From NCBI RefSeq assembly GCF_902713615.1, contig NC_052160.1, positions 117,034,708-117,098,707 on the forward strand: a DNA stretch of 64,000 bases. The letters run 5' to 3'. Below, one piece after another: positions 36,926-50,278 of the stretch (positions are counted from its first letter, which is position 1; every line of letters begins with the position of its first letter). A program made the position numbers and the translations under genes. The notes below the pieces were generated by a model, which was given only the letters and a program-made list of their open reading frames with translations, ran no database searches and was not told the origin of the DNA. Source of the stretch: Scyliorhinus canicula (Eukaryota).

Positions 36926-37217
36926 GCCTATTGTGAAGTCAAATAATTTTCAATATTTGTATAAAACTGAAAGGTGGGGTTTCTTCGTGGTTGTTATTAC
37001 TTTCTAAAATGTGACTTAATGGCTCTAGGGGATCTTATCTCTGCTGAACAGCAAATTTATTTACTGGCGGGAGTTGACATTTCAAATAATTGACAGATTG
37101 ATTTACTTGGCAGATTGCATGGTTAAAAAGCAAAGTTGTTCACCTCATTTTATATCCATATTCGCACTTAAGTTTGGAACAATAATTAAAGTTATCGAGA
37201 ATTTCTTGTACAGATCA

Positions 37218-37508
37218 ATTATAATAATAATTTTTTATTAGTGTCACAAATAGGCTTACATTAACACTGCAATGAAGTTACTGTGAAAATCCTCTCGCCG
37301 CCACACTAAGGAGCCTGTTCGAGTACACTGAGGGAGAATTCAGAATGTTCAATTTACCTAACAAGCACGTCTTTCGGGACTTGTGGGAGGAAACCAGAGC
37401 ACCCGGAAGAAACCCACGCAGACACGGGGAGAGCGTGCCAACACCGCACCAACAGGAACTCAAGCCGGATCTCTGGCGCTGTGAAGCAACAGTGCTAACC
37501 ACTGTGCT
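37218..37508 (-). mobile_element. V-SINE type B
   Basis: Homologous to 3352-3664. Confidence 0.85.
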
Positions 37509-37916
37509 ATAAATAGTCTACACTAAGTGACCAAGGTGGTTGTTTGATTAGTTGGCTCTCTGTTCCCATAATACATGAACTGGATAATGCATTATCACTC
37601 TCAGGTCACTTGAGCAGTTGATACTGAAATTAGTTATTTTTTTCAGTAGGCTATGGTAAAAATGGTAATTATTGAGTGAGCAAACAAACGTGTTGTGTTA
37701 AGGTTCGAGGATACTGACGCAAATCACGTACCAACCTTAGCTTTTGCTGTGTGACATATATGATAGCAACTACTTGGACTTAATATTCATCTATTTGTAA
37801 AACGATGGAAATGTAATAATTTCAGCTATCTTATTGGTCAGGTCTGAGGATCTGCATGGTAATTTATCATAATTGTGAATTTTCTGTCAACAGTGTTTCA
37901 TCTTGATACTGCCCAG

Positions 37917-38024
37917 GGGCTCAGTTCTAATCAATGCTCGTTTACCTTAAGTTGACATACCTCATTCAATTTTAATGGAAAATGTCAACTTAAGACAGCC
38001 AATTGCTGATTTAAAATTGGGCTC
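37917..38024. mobile_element. 108-bp palindromic (hairpin) MITE, Harbinger-like
   Basis: Arms GGGCTCAGTT..CTTAAGTTGACAT / ATGTCAACTTAAG..AATTGGGCTC around a CATTCAATTTTAATG centre; TSD CAG (37914-37916 / 38025-38027). Confidence 0.75.
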
Positions 38025-38779
38025 CAGGACTCCCCTTTGAAGAGAGAAGCTGTGGAGCGTGTCCAGTGTGTAAATCATGAAGGGTGTTTTCACAGCATTT
38101 TTTTTAGCATCGTTTTCATTTACACAACTTAGATGCTTCTTGTCAGCTTGTTTCTATCTTCCTGCCTAATCCTGGCATCAAAGCTCCTGCGATTTCTTGT
38201 TGCATTTGCAATGAGTCAATTAATATTACTGTTTTTTGTGTCTGACAATTAAAAATATTTCCAAATGCCTGTTTACTACCTTAATCTTTATTCATTTTCA
38301 GTGAAAATGAGATAGCTGAAAATAATGTGCTCAGGAATGTTTTGCTGCCCTGAAACTTATGCTTAATTGTTCCATTTGTATCTATCACACTCAGTCAGAG
38401 ACAAATCAGAACAACGTTGTATTATTTACCACTTCTCTTTCTTCAGATCCTAATGAAACTTCAACTTCATGCTTTGTATGGGATAAATTATTCACAAATG
38501 TCCACAGTAGATACTGAAGTAGAACGGCAGGTCAAGTACCTTATTGTTGTTGTGTGTCTTGATTAATCTACGTTATCTAGGGGCTCATTATCTTGTGCAG
38601 TTTCTGATGTTTTCCAGCCTTTAGTTTATCTAGTATCAAGTTTGCATCCCCTTGGAGGGGATATAATGGATCCTCTCAAAGCCTTAGGATCACAACTTGT
38701 GCAGAACGTTGAAGCCAGTTAAGAAAATGGGTTGAGTGCTATGAGCAATTTTAATAAAAGATTTCTGCCCACAATCAGG

Positions 38780-38993
38780 GGTCAGCCGCGGCTCAGTAGG
38801 AACGTTTTCACCTCCGAGGCCGGAATTTGCCGGTAGTCGGGATCCACTTCTCCCGCTGACAGTGCAGCCTTGCCAGCGGGTTACCCCAGTGGCGTGGGGT
38901 GGTTTCAATGGGAAATCTCATTGACAAGTGGCGGCGGTTAGAACTCTGCCACCAGCAAGTGGTCAAGAAGCACACGGCTGAGGAACCGGCCCG
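38780..38993. mobile_element. ~200-bp Harbinger-type MITE remnant
   Basis: GGGATC..TCCCGCTGACAGTGCA..GGTTTCAATGGGAAATCTCATTGACAAG, as in 56922-57110. Confidence 0.6.
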
Positions 38994-41614
38994 CATTAAC
39001 AAAAGGTTAACATTGTGCAACAAGGTTACAATACTCTGCAGGATCACACTGAAGATTTCTCTTTCAAGTACTGTGAATATAACAGCAGTTCGGTAAAAAC
39101 AAATTGAACAGTGTGATGAGGGGCTGGGGAAAAGAGGACAGTAAAATAAAGACATTTGGTTGACAAGTGCAGCTATATCTTGCCCTCCTAACAGACATGT
39201 CACAGATGAGTCTTATTGTTGCAAGTTGACATACTATTCAGGCATACAATGACTGTTTGAAAGCATTAATGATGCTTTAGTTATTAGCAATAAATGAAGA
39301 ACCAACAGATAAAATCTCTTTACTAGCATTTCTATTTAATCTCAGTTAAAGTGATAGCTATATTCGCAGTCTTGAAACATTTTGCTCAAATTGACCATTT
39401 AAATCATGTTGTAGGTTACATTCGATCCACAGTAAAAAAAAATGAAAGCTAGTTCCCCTGCCTCCCCACTATGACAAATGGACCATGACATATTAATGGA
39501 TTCTACTCCTGGTACCTTTCTTATCTACAGTAGGCTAATAATGGAACAGTTAAGAAAATCAAAATTCAATGTAATGAACATTATTGTCTATGGGAAATCT
39601 TATATTGAACACCAGCCATTGGAGAACAATGTAACAACATCTGATATGCTCGCATCAATATTCACACACCCTTCAAATTCTGTCTTGTAATTTGTTTGTA
39701 AGACCAATCTGTAGCTTGACTGCAGTCATCTGTTCAATTAGGTCAGCATTCGCCAATGAAGTTTCACAGACAGCTTTGTTCACTGTGGCTGCCAGTATTG
39801 CTGACCTGACTGGAGTTAGAACCAAGTGAAATGCAACCAGCAGTACGGTTTATTGGCTTTGTGCTAGGAGTCTACCATTTCCTGCTGTCTACAGCCTTTA
39901 AGCTTCATAATCATTCCCTTCCTCCACTGGGCATTTTGGTTTCATTTATTAAACTTTTCAAAAATATTTATTTAGTTTTAAAACTAAAATGTGCGGGACT
40001 AACTCCAGGGGGTCATATCACATGAGCTTAAGCACACACCAAGTTCTGTACAACCCCAAAGGTGAAGCCACATTTTTATAGTATCCGTAAACTCTGTTGG
40101 ACCTCATAGGCATTTTTAAAATAAGTGTTCAATCTTTTAACTTTGAGAAAGGAGAAACTCTCACCCGGTCCCCTCATAACCCAGGAAGTGGAGCCGTACG
40201 AACTGGCCTCATCATACAATGATAGTCCTGCCTCCTGCTGCAAGTGGAGTTAAGAGCTGTCCACACTCAACCCCAGGAATCACCAACATCTCTAAGGGGG
40301 GGGGGGGGGGGGAACAAACTGATATTATGAGTTCCATGTCAATTTCTCCAGCCCACCAAAGTAATGGCGCAGGGTGAACTCACTAGGGTTCATTTGACAA
40401 ATTCATCTTCGTGAAACATAACCAGACGTTGCTCCTCTGGATATGGTTTGATATGGCTAACCTTCCTTCTTTTATCACTTGCAAATTCCTGTGTTGATAA
40501 TGAAAATTCAAACAGAATAGAAAAAGGTGAAGGTATGAATGAAACAAAAGATAACTTGGAGCATGAGAAGAACCTGCCAAAATTGCTTTGGACACTTCTG
40601 GGTCTGATAGTGAAGAAAATAAGACACGTAATGATGGAACTAGGAGTGACAGGTGAAACACTCGACAATGTCAACACCAGTCAGGCTTCATGAAGGAATG
40701 TGCTTACAGAGTATCCAGGGTTTTTCATATGTTAAATCCTGGCTTATGTACATAGCTAGAAGAAGCTGAGTGTTATTTTGACTTCAACCATTATTTAGTC
40801 TCTGAAAGTTATTCTGACTTTATTTGGAATCAGTGGAACTTGTCTGCTCTGGAGATATAACTTGGATGACAAAACAATACCACATAAACATCTGTACAGA
40901 TGGATGCAAATGAATTGCAAGTTGTCCATGATATTCATTTATGGTTGATGTCACAAAGAGGAGCAATTGAACGCATGACTGTTCTATTTTGCATCTGAAA
41001 ATCGGGTGCCCAGCAGCTGAAAGTCACCACAGCAGACTCAATGATGTCCAAACCCTGGTTGATACCATATTTCGGCTCCTCTATAGATTGACAAATTGGC
41101 ATTGGGCTACTTAAATCTCGAAATCAGGGTCCCAGATCAATGAGTACAGATACAAATTGGGGGATCACGTTTTCTGAAAGGAACTGCTGATAGTTACTTG
41201 AAACAGAAACACCCAGGAAATTTGAGTTTTTATCTTTGTGGACCTAGTAGAATCAGGAGGATTTTGGGTTAAATGATGTCCTGCAACGCGATGACACTTC
41301 TAAAGGTTGAAGCAGCTGTCACACCTGGAAAGCCTTGAAATACACTGATGTAAATTATCATGTGTACAATGAATGGCATTTTATTCATTTTCCATTGACT
41401 ACCCTTTAAGCGTTGTTAAAATATCTCAAAATATAAAATTGGTCCTGTACTGCGTACTATACCACCTCTGAATTTTGGATTGTTAAAGAGAAAGACATAC
41501 ACAATGAAAACTTAAATAGGCCAGAAGGAGCTGGTTCCATCGTGAAACAGATGGTAACTCAGAAGGAGGAAAGAAATCAGACGACAACATTGCTTGTCTG
41601 AGTTGTAGTGCGCA

Positions 41615-41750
41615 GAGGAACAGGAGTAGGCCATGGAGTACCCTCAAGCCTGTTCTGCCATTTAATTAGATCACTGCTGATCTGCATCCTAATTTCATTT
41701 GCCCGCTTTGGTTCCATGCTTGTAATTGCCTGGCTTGACATAAATCTATC
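41615..41750 (-). mobile_element. CR1 3' tail fragment
   Basis: GGAACAGGAGTAGGCCA..CCCTCAAGCCTGTTCTGCCATT..AGATCA. Confidence 0.65.
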
Positions 41751-41754
41751 ACTT

Positions 41755-41945
41755 AAGCTGATGCTTTAGTTCAATACTGAGGAAATGCTATGCTCTGTCT
41801 GGGATGTTAAACCTGTTCAAGTGGATATAAAACATCCCATAACACCACTTAATGATTGAGAAGCTTTTCTGACATCCTGGACAATATTAATCTGCCAGAG
41901 GAGATTGTCCAGTCGTTTATCGCAGTTGCTTTTTGTGGGACATTT
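41755..41945 (+). mobile_element. Decayed DeuSINE (SacSINE1-like) core
   Basis: TACTGAGG.AATGCT, GATGTTAAACC, GTGGATATAAAA.ATCCCAT, TCCTGG.CAATATT and TTGC..TTTGTGGGA motifs in the expected order. Confidence 0.55.
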
Positions 41946-42906
41946 CCACATGCAAAAGAAGAGATATTTGTTTGCAAAGCAGTAATCCAGCACATGCAGC
42001 ACATGCAAAACAGAAGGTACTTAATCCAATGAGTTTTCTGTGCTGCATCCCCTGGTATTTATCTAGAGAACTATTTTCAGCTTCAGGTTTGGAGAAAGGT
42101 TCTAGAAGGGAAAGGCTACATACAAAATCAGCCGAGAACACAGTTGAAGCTTGAATCCTGACAGCTTAATCGCTTCCTAGTTCTTTCTCCAAGCATTAAT
42201 ATGAAGGTGGATTACATTTGCCATGACAGGCTCCTGGGTATCTCCAGACAACAATATTACAGAAGCAGAATTAGAAGGGAGGGTGGGTAGAATATACAGT
42301 CAGGGAGAATTTCTGGCAGTGATGGAGAAGGCAGGAGGGAGCGTTGTGATTGGGATTAGGAGGAGACGAGGACTCAATCGTAACAGCTGGCTTTAATATA
42401 GAACTTGTGTTCCTCCAGGCTCCATATTACGCACCTATTTAAAAATAAACCTACTTACTTTGGTGTCTGCATCACTGCTCATCTGACTGTATTAGACCTA
42501 ACGTTTTCCGAAATGCAGCAAATTCTGGCATTGGCTGTCTCAGTACCAGCCAATGTTGCAAAGGGGGCCTTAAAGGATCGTTGGCTCTTATTTTTATATA
42601 CAGAGTCCATACCTGTATCAGACTGAGTATATTTTCTTCACCTCCACCAGTTTCGCAAGAAATTGCTTCTAACTCACAATCTGCCCATATTGAAAACTTA
42701 GATATCTATCACTTCAATGGAGTGGTCAGCATCATCAGATCTTTCAGCCAAACTTCCACTAATAGCTCTGTGCTGAAAATTTGATCTAAATAGTTTGGAT
42801 CCACAAACGCCATTTTGCCTCCACCATCATGTCAGCCTCCACGTGCAAAAAATATCTACGATAATGCCTTGCATTTTGTGATGTTAACTAAAGAAGAGTT
42901 TCTCAA

Positions 42907-43642
42907 CGGGGCCAAAGAGGCCCGGCCAACCACGCCCACATGTTCTGGTCTTGCCCCAGACTTGTGGAGTACTGGACAGCCTTCTTCGAGGCTATGTCCA
43001 AAGTGGTGGGGGTGAGGGTGGAGCCATGCCCGATTGTGGCGGTCTTCGGGGTTTCAGACCAGCCAGATCTATTCCTGGGGAGGAGGGCGGACACCCTTGC
43101 CTTTGCCTCCCTGATCGCCCGCCGTAGAATCCTGTTTGGCTGGCGGTCAGCAACACCGCCCAGAGCTGCAGACTGGCTGTCCGACCTCTTGGAATCTCTC
43201 CAAATGGAGAAAATCAAATTCGCCATAGAGGGTCAGACGACGGCTTCCACAGAACGTGGGAGCCATTCATGCAATTGTTCCGGGACCTGTTTGTGGCCAA
43301 CGAACAAGAGGAAGAATAGTCGGGTGGCCAAGAATCAGGGGAAAATGGACGGGAATCGGGGGAAGGTAGCCGGGGGGGGGGGGGGGGGGGGTTCATTATG
43401 GGGGTTTGATGGCAAGCTAAGGCCCAAAACCAAACTATAAATAAATGCCTATAAACATGTGCCTCGGCCATATTGGGGATTGTAAAATATGTATGCCGGC
43501 TAAAGGGGGCGGCCATAATTGTTATTATGAAGATGCTTACCTGTAAATATATATGTTAATTTTTGCGTGTTTTTTTTCTCTAATAATTTGTAATATGTTG
43601 TATATAAAATATGAAAACTCAATAAAAAAACATTAAAAAAAA
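42907..43642 (+). mobile_element. L1 3' end with poly(A) and perfect TSD
   Basis: Same family as 32875-35575; TSD AAGAAGAGTTTCTCAA (42891-42906 / 43643-43658); AATAAA and A-tail. Confidence 0.95.
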
Positions 43643-44754
43643 AAGAAGAGTTTCTCAAATTCATCAGTGTTTAAATTCATCAATAATAAGTCATGTGGAA
43701 GTCCCAGGTTTGCTTCATCATTAGCTGATCTCCGCCACGTAACACCACTGGAGACATATCATTACCACAAACACCACAGTAATTCAAGGAAAGTATATTT
43801 GGAACACCATATCAACTTTAATCTACAAAATCTTATGAGGAGGAAAAATGATTTGCATACCTAATTGCTAACCAATGTCGGAAGGCGTATATATGGACAA
43901 TGTTAGATCAGAATTAAACCTGACTGGTGCCTGATAGTCTTTAATCTTTTAGACTCTAGAGAATGTAAGAAGATAGATCATTTCAGCAATGTCACCATGG
44001 TACCTCTGTCTTTCTATTTTTGGAGAAACTGATGCATGATTAGTGTCATCACCAGTTCACAAACTGTAAAAGATACCACACCTATTTATTCATAAATTGG
44101 AAAACTTAGGGCCCTTGACTCAAGAGCCTCGTAATGTGCAGAGTGACCACTATTTTGGTTTCATTCCAATATGATCATGTGGGACCAGAACAGTTTTATT
44201 CATTTAAGATATAGGGCATGTATCCGGCTCTCTTTTATGGTTCTGAAGTTCAAGACAAGCAACACAAGGGCTTCCCGCATATGTGTTGTCCAAGACTGAA
44301 TCTGCGGTGCATTTATGGCAAAAAGGAAAAATCATTACACTAAGTCTGCTGCTCTACAATATCCTTTCACACAACCCCGAAATGCCTCTTTGTTAAAACC
44401 CTTTATATTTGGATCAGGTTTCAAAAGTTAGTTATGAGTAAGCATAATCCATTGCTTTTGATTTGGATGTCTGGAATATTGAGAAGGGCTGGCATATTAA
44501 AAGCTAATCTGCATATGCCATTCCAATATGTTTAAAGATTAAGTGTCATTGACTATCTAAAGGAGGCTGATCGTAAGATCACAACCTCATACAAGTTTTA
44601 GCCCCACAATAATTGGGTTGCATAGCATAGATATTGCTGAAGATCTGTATCTCAAGTAGGTCTAACCACCAGTGAATAGGCTAGGCAGAGTGCCTACGCT
44701 GTGGTCCGAATTAAGATTTATTTATTTTCCATTTTGTCATCACATCATACAATG

Positions 44755-45090
44755 GAGTCATAGTTTGGTTACAGCACAGAAGGAGATCATTTGGCCCACC
44801 ATGCCTGTGCCAGCTCTCTACAACGACAACTCATTAGTCCCACTCCCCTGCCCTCTCCTTGCAGCTCAGCAAACTTGATCCAATTCTCTTCTGAAAGCTT
44901 TGATTGAATCATCCTCTGCCACAGTCTCTGACAGTGCATTCCACATCCTAACTCTCACTGCATTAAAGGTGTGTTTCCTCATCTTGCTGTTGCTTTTTAG
45001 GCCAATCACCTTAAATATGTTTCTTCCAGTTCGCGACCGTTCAACCAACAAGAACAATTTTTCCCTATCTAATCTGTCGACTCACTAATT
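44755..45090 (-). mobile_element. Old CR1 3' fragment
   Basis: VRMWNALSETVAE..IKAFRRELD; TTACAGCACAGAAGGAG tail. Confidence 0.7.
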
Positions 45091-45901
45091 TGTGAGGAAC
45101 TTAAAGTATCTCCTTTCTGCCTAACAAGATGACATATCCAGGTTTGTTAGCTGTCTAATGTTAAAATTATGATTGTACTCATTGGAAAGGAGTTTATTTT
45201 CAGGTCAGTTTCAGATCCAAGATGCTATATCTGGCTATGGAGAATTATCATCAAATCAACCCTTTGTGGTATTCTCATTAATTTTATATCTGACCCAATA
45301 GGTCCATAGTACTCCAGGGCATCGTTGATTATTGATTGGCCAGGCTGCCTCTCTATAGTGAGGGGGGATGAAAGTATGAACAGTGGTTACGATTTTCCCC
45401 ACACAGATCCAACCAACCCTGCAACTCCAGGTAGAAAGACCTTGGCTGCACCATTTGCAGAAGATCAACACCACCCAGGACAGAGGCTTGATCATTGTCC
45501 CTGGCACCATCCCTCACCTCCTCCACATCCCCCTCTCCACACCCTCTATAACCAGACATGGTCGGAACATATGCTACCTCCAGGATGCATGTGATAATCT
45601 GGTACTGAACAACATGCTATGTTCCCGAAAGTCTACCAGCAAGAAGGTTACGGGCAGCATTGTCATGGGCATACCTTCACCTCCAAGACTCCTTTGACGT
45701 CACACGTCATTATGGCATGAGCAGATATTGTCATTCTTTCATTGTTGCTGGGTCAATAATTTTAAACTCGCTGATTGATCACATTGTGAAAGCAGCAACA
45801 GTATAAGGTTGAGGAGGAAAGCTCGTTGTCATCTGCTCAGGGCAATTTAAGAATGGCCATTTAATATTGAAATTACCAGCGCTGTCCATATCCTGAGAAA
45901 A

Positions 45902-46100
45902 TTTTTTTTTTCCAGTTAAGAGTCAATTTAGTGTGGCCAATGCACCTACCCTGCATATCTTTGGGTTGTGGGGGTGAGACCCATGGAAACATGGGGAGAA
46001 TGTGCAAACTCCACACAGACAGTGACCCGGGACCGGGATCGAACCCAGGTCCTCAGCATTGTGAGGAACCAGTGCTAACCACTGCGCCACCATGCTGCCC
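45902..46100 (-). mobile_element. V-SINE type D
   Basis: tRNA head, short V-domain, poly(A); approximate TSD TCCTGAGAAAATTTTT / TCCTGAGAACATTTTT. Confidence 0.85.
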
Positions 46101-46525
46101 CTGTCCTGAGAACATTTTTGTTCAGAAAAGGAAACTTAATAGTGCTTGTGTTAGGAAGCTGTGCAGCTTATGTCATTGAATTCACTGTGAGGCAGAGGGA
46201 TGCGGCGGAGTGCTAAAGTAAATATTCAATTTGAAATCAGACGTGGGAATGCAATGCAATTAACCTGTACTTGATTAAAGTGATGGAGGGAGCACACAAG
46301 CTTTGTGCCTCTTACTCATTTACATGATTGTAGTATGCAGCCCCGCAGCACTTAAAATGGTGCAGAGTGGCTGGAAGCATGACAAGTAGGCCCAAGCTCA
46401 TGCGAGGCTAGCACCGCTTATAGCGAGCCTGCATTGCCGAAAGTCAGTCTGCACCTCCTAATGGTGAGGTGCATTCTGGCCATAGCAGGGGCTGGAAGAG
46501 AGAAAGTCCAAGGGGAAGCTGCAGA

Positions 46526-47400
46526 AATGGCACAACAGGCCAGAGGCTGTACCTCGAGGTTCATGGATGTCATGCTGGGAACCTTGGTGCTGGAGATACA
46601 GAGGAGGAGAGAGAGGTCCTTTTCCCCCAGGGGACCAGGAGGCCTTCCGGACTAGTACTGCGAAAGCAGTGGAGCAGGTCGTCGTAGCTGTCAATGTCAG
46701 CAGTCCATGTCTGAGGACCTAGATGCATCGCTGCGAGAAGTTCACAACGATCAAGGTCCTGATCCCTTATTCAAGCCTTAATTCAAAACCCCCCTTAAGT
46801 CACCAAACTATATCAACAACAACTCATTTCTCACAGTCATGTGCTTTATTTCACCCTCACTTATTTGACAGAGTTGAAAGAGACACGCCTCACCTCACAG
46901 CTTCTATACACTGCCAGCTAATCAGCTGTGGCAGACACAACACACAAACACAGTACATGCACTCACTGACACATTGCCCTCTCTTTTACAGAATAAGGTG
47001 GCCCATTGTAGGTGGCAGCAGCAGCTGACCAGTATGGATCAAGCATGACTGCAAGTTTTCACCTTCAAGGAAGAACAGCTATCACTGAGGCCATAGACAG
47101 TAGCCAAAAGATGACAGAATGTTGCTGCTTGATGCACTTTCTCGCAAGTCACTTCACCCTTATCCTGCAATCTGTCTGACTTACAAACTGCTGGTAGTGT
47201 AAATCTTTTGTGCACTTTTTGCTTTTTCCCCCAACTGACCTCAGTCCAATTTTAGCCGTTGCAATCTCAGAAACCCAAGTACTACCACCTGGCCAGTCAG
47301 AGGTCCAGAATATTGGAATCCAAGAGGGAGAAGATACTGAGGAGGTTACAAGACTGTCACTCGATCTGACACTTGCAGCGCCCATACTTTTGAGATAGTA
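46526..47400 (+). pseudogene. Decayed Harbinger Myb/SANT gene remnant
   Basis: SRFMDVMLGTLVLEIQRRRE, then KQWEQVVVAVNV..RT..CEKF across frameshifts; acceptor CTCTTTTACAG near 46991. Confidence 0.6.
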
Positions 47401-47469
47401 TTGAGACAGGATCGGCAAGTGGTGAGTCACTGCATGGAGTTTGACATGTCTTCTATTCCAGTACTCCAC

Positions 47470-47790
47470 AAGGTGCTTTGCAGCAAATCGTCAAGCATCT
47501 TTCAACAACACCTTCAAATCTGCAACTTCTACCACCTCGAAAAACAAGAGCAGCGGATGCAAGGGAGCACAACCACCCACAAACACCCCTCTCAGTCACA
47601 CACCATTCTGACTTGGAAATATACTGCTGTTCCTTCACTGGGTCAAAAATCTTCCTAACTGTATGCTGCTTGTACCTACTAGACTTTAGCTTTCAAGAGG
47701 ATAGCTTACTACCAACACAAGAGGAATTAGAGATGAGCCACAATATTGGTCTTGCAAGCAAAGTTCAAACCCACGAACCAAAAGAAAAAT
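47470..47790 (+). mobile_element. Old CR1/L2-like LINE 3' fragment
   Basis: CACCTTCAAA..CTACCACCT.GAA..ACAAG.GCAGC..CACACCATTCTGACTTGGAAATATA; a similar decayed piece lies at ~45480-45890. Confidence 0.55.
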
Positions 47791-47926
47791 ATTCACTTCC
47801 AAAGAAATTAAGAGCACTGTCACGGCGACTGGATGCTCCATTCTAGCCTGCTCTGAGGCTACAGGTGTAGTTTCAAGAGATGGTACAGTAACGGGCAACA
47901 TCCTTGGTAAAAAACAAACACACTAG

Positions 47927-48116
47927 TGGCTGGAATTTTCCGGCATTCTCGCCAGTCATCCCTTCTGATCTTGCTGATGGAAAATCCCCGGGGTGGGTTT
48001 CCCAGCGGCGGGCTGTGCATAGAATGGGAAACTCCATTGACAGGAGCTAGAACCAGCCAATAGTGGGCCACCTCCACTAACGCAAGACCCGCCATAGAGC
48101 GTGGAAAGTCCCACCC
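47927..48116. mobile_element. ~190-bp Harbinger-type MITE
   Basis: GGCTGGAATTTTCC / GGAAAGTCCCACCC ends; central AATGGGAAACTCCATTGAC. Confidence 0.6.
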
Positions 48117-48581
48117 ATTTCTCCTGCTTTATCTGCAGATTGGAAAAGTGTTACCTGAAGATTCTGGGTGGGTAAGACCATATCTTGGGGCTGGGCTTGG
48201 GTTCCAAACCATGCCCCTAGCCTCTCTACAACTAAGTTCTCCGGGTTCAGGTCAGTTGGATGTAATACCTGCAGAAAATATGCACTTCATGTCAGGCAAA
48301 AAATAATCTCTAAATAGTTTAATGTTGAGATTTATAAACAAGTTGAGGGAATTCAACACCTGTTCGATGAAAAATAAACATTTTAATGTCCTGCCTGAGA
48401 CCTTGGGGCAGGCAAAAGGAATTCAATTAAATGCAAACTTACTTCAGTTAATAAAACATAGCAGTAAAAGTTCACTATAACCATCAGAAGGAAATGGACA
48501 ATAGCAGATTGGTTGTTGAGTTGATGCTCCATTCGCTTTGCAGAAACTAAACATGGGCAGCCAATCTTCGGCTCTCTATTA

Positions 48582-48854
48582 TTAGCACTGTCGCTTCACA
48601 GCGCCCGGGTCCCAGGTTCGATTCCCGGCTTAGGTCACTGTCTGTGTGGAGTCTGCACGTTCTCTCCGTGTCTGCGTAGGTTTTCGCCGGGTGCTCCGGT
48701 TTCCTCCCACAAGTTCCGAAAGTCGTGCTGTTAGGTAATTTGGATATTCTGAATTCTGCCTCCGTGTACCCGAACAGGCACCGGAATGTGACTACTAGGG
48801 GCTTTTCACAGTAACTTCATGCCTACTTGTGACAATAAAGATTATTATTATTAT
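48582..48854 (+). mobile_element. V-SINE type B
   Basis: B-box GGTTCGATTCC, V-domain, tail GTGACAATAAAG(ATT)n. Confidence 0.9.
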
Positions 48855-50278
48855 TTTGCACCTGACACTCAAAATGACAATTTAACCCATTGTGGGCAAC
48901 TGCAACACTTTCCCAAATCGGATCGCAACAACGAATCAATGTTGCAATCTGAGCAAGTGCAAAAATATATGTTGCAATGGCACTTTATCACTTTATTTGC
49001 TGTACGTTGTTATAAAACACAACCAAACCTTTGCGCTTTCAGCACACCATGCTGTTATTAAGATGTTTATTTCCCAATGATGCACTCGGGGCCAATTTGC
49101 CCAAATCTTGCTTCCTCAAAATGTAATTGGTTCTCAACATGGGACTGCGCCCAAACTCGAATGGTTCATTATTTGGTACTGCACCGCAATTTACACTGAG
49201 TTATAATTTGTTCTTAAATTAATAATTTTGTGATTGCGGCAGTTGCTTCAACCTGGTGTAAATTATATTCCCAGTAACTGAAAAAAAATAAGTATCCTTT
49301 TGTGAAAACCTGGAACTTTTCCAAAGAATGTCAAATCTAATAACGGCTACACATAATTCTACTGGTTCCCACTTTTCTTTTGGAGGAATGCCAATCCACA
49401 GTGGAAGTTCATTGGTTTCTGAGTGTGTCATGAGCTCCTACTACAGCAGGCTCCGAAAATACTATAAGCACTTACAAGACTCTCAGATTTTACAAGTCTC
49501 CTGTTTCCAAGCTCCATAGCCACAGGATATAAAGGAGAACACAATTTACACTCAGTTATAAATCAGATTTTTACATCGTTTGGAAATGACTCCGGTGTAA
49601 TATATATAGCTGTACCCACAACAACAGAATGGAAATTTGTGCATTTGTTGTATCAATCACAGGTTAGACCACATAAAAAGATGGACAATTAGTCACGGCT
49701 TTTTCCATTTACTGAATAAGTTGTATTGCAAAATTGTCACTGCAGATCTGAAATTCTACTGGGGTACATTGGTGATGCTAATGCATTTGCACTGACATAG
49801 CTTCCAGTATGCAAACATGTCCTTCTCAAATTCTTTGAGGCCCTCTCATAAACACCCTTTGGGCTCCGAGTGAGCTGCATCCATGATAAGATGTGAAATT
49901 GTGAAGGCCACATCAGTGGGTGGGAGTGGGATTTCCTGGTAGGGGCATAAATGTTGATGTGCAACTCCTTGGGGAAATATCTGCCAGGGTAAGTGCCAAG
50001 AGGGTGCCCCCGGCTGACAACCATCCCTCCCCCCTTAACTTAATCACCCACCTCCTCCCCCCCCCCCCCCCCCCCCCCCCGGCACGGGGGGTGGAGGGGG
50101 ATTGGGGCAGAGTGAGTTGAGGGTGGTTCACTAAGTAGTCACAGACCCAGCGCTCTGGTCCCCGTGGAGAGATGCAATGGTCTTATTACAACTTGACCCC
50201 CAAACTGTGCCAGTATCTGAACGGACTGCTGATACCTGCCGTATTGTAATGAACTACCTATGCCCCCTCCCCCAACAG

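Noticed and set aside
49920-49988. New coding exon 1 fused to Myb exons 2-3
   Set aside because: The frame is closed by TGA at 49902-49904, has no ATG and only a weak acceptor
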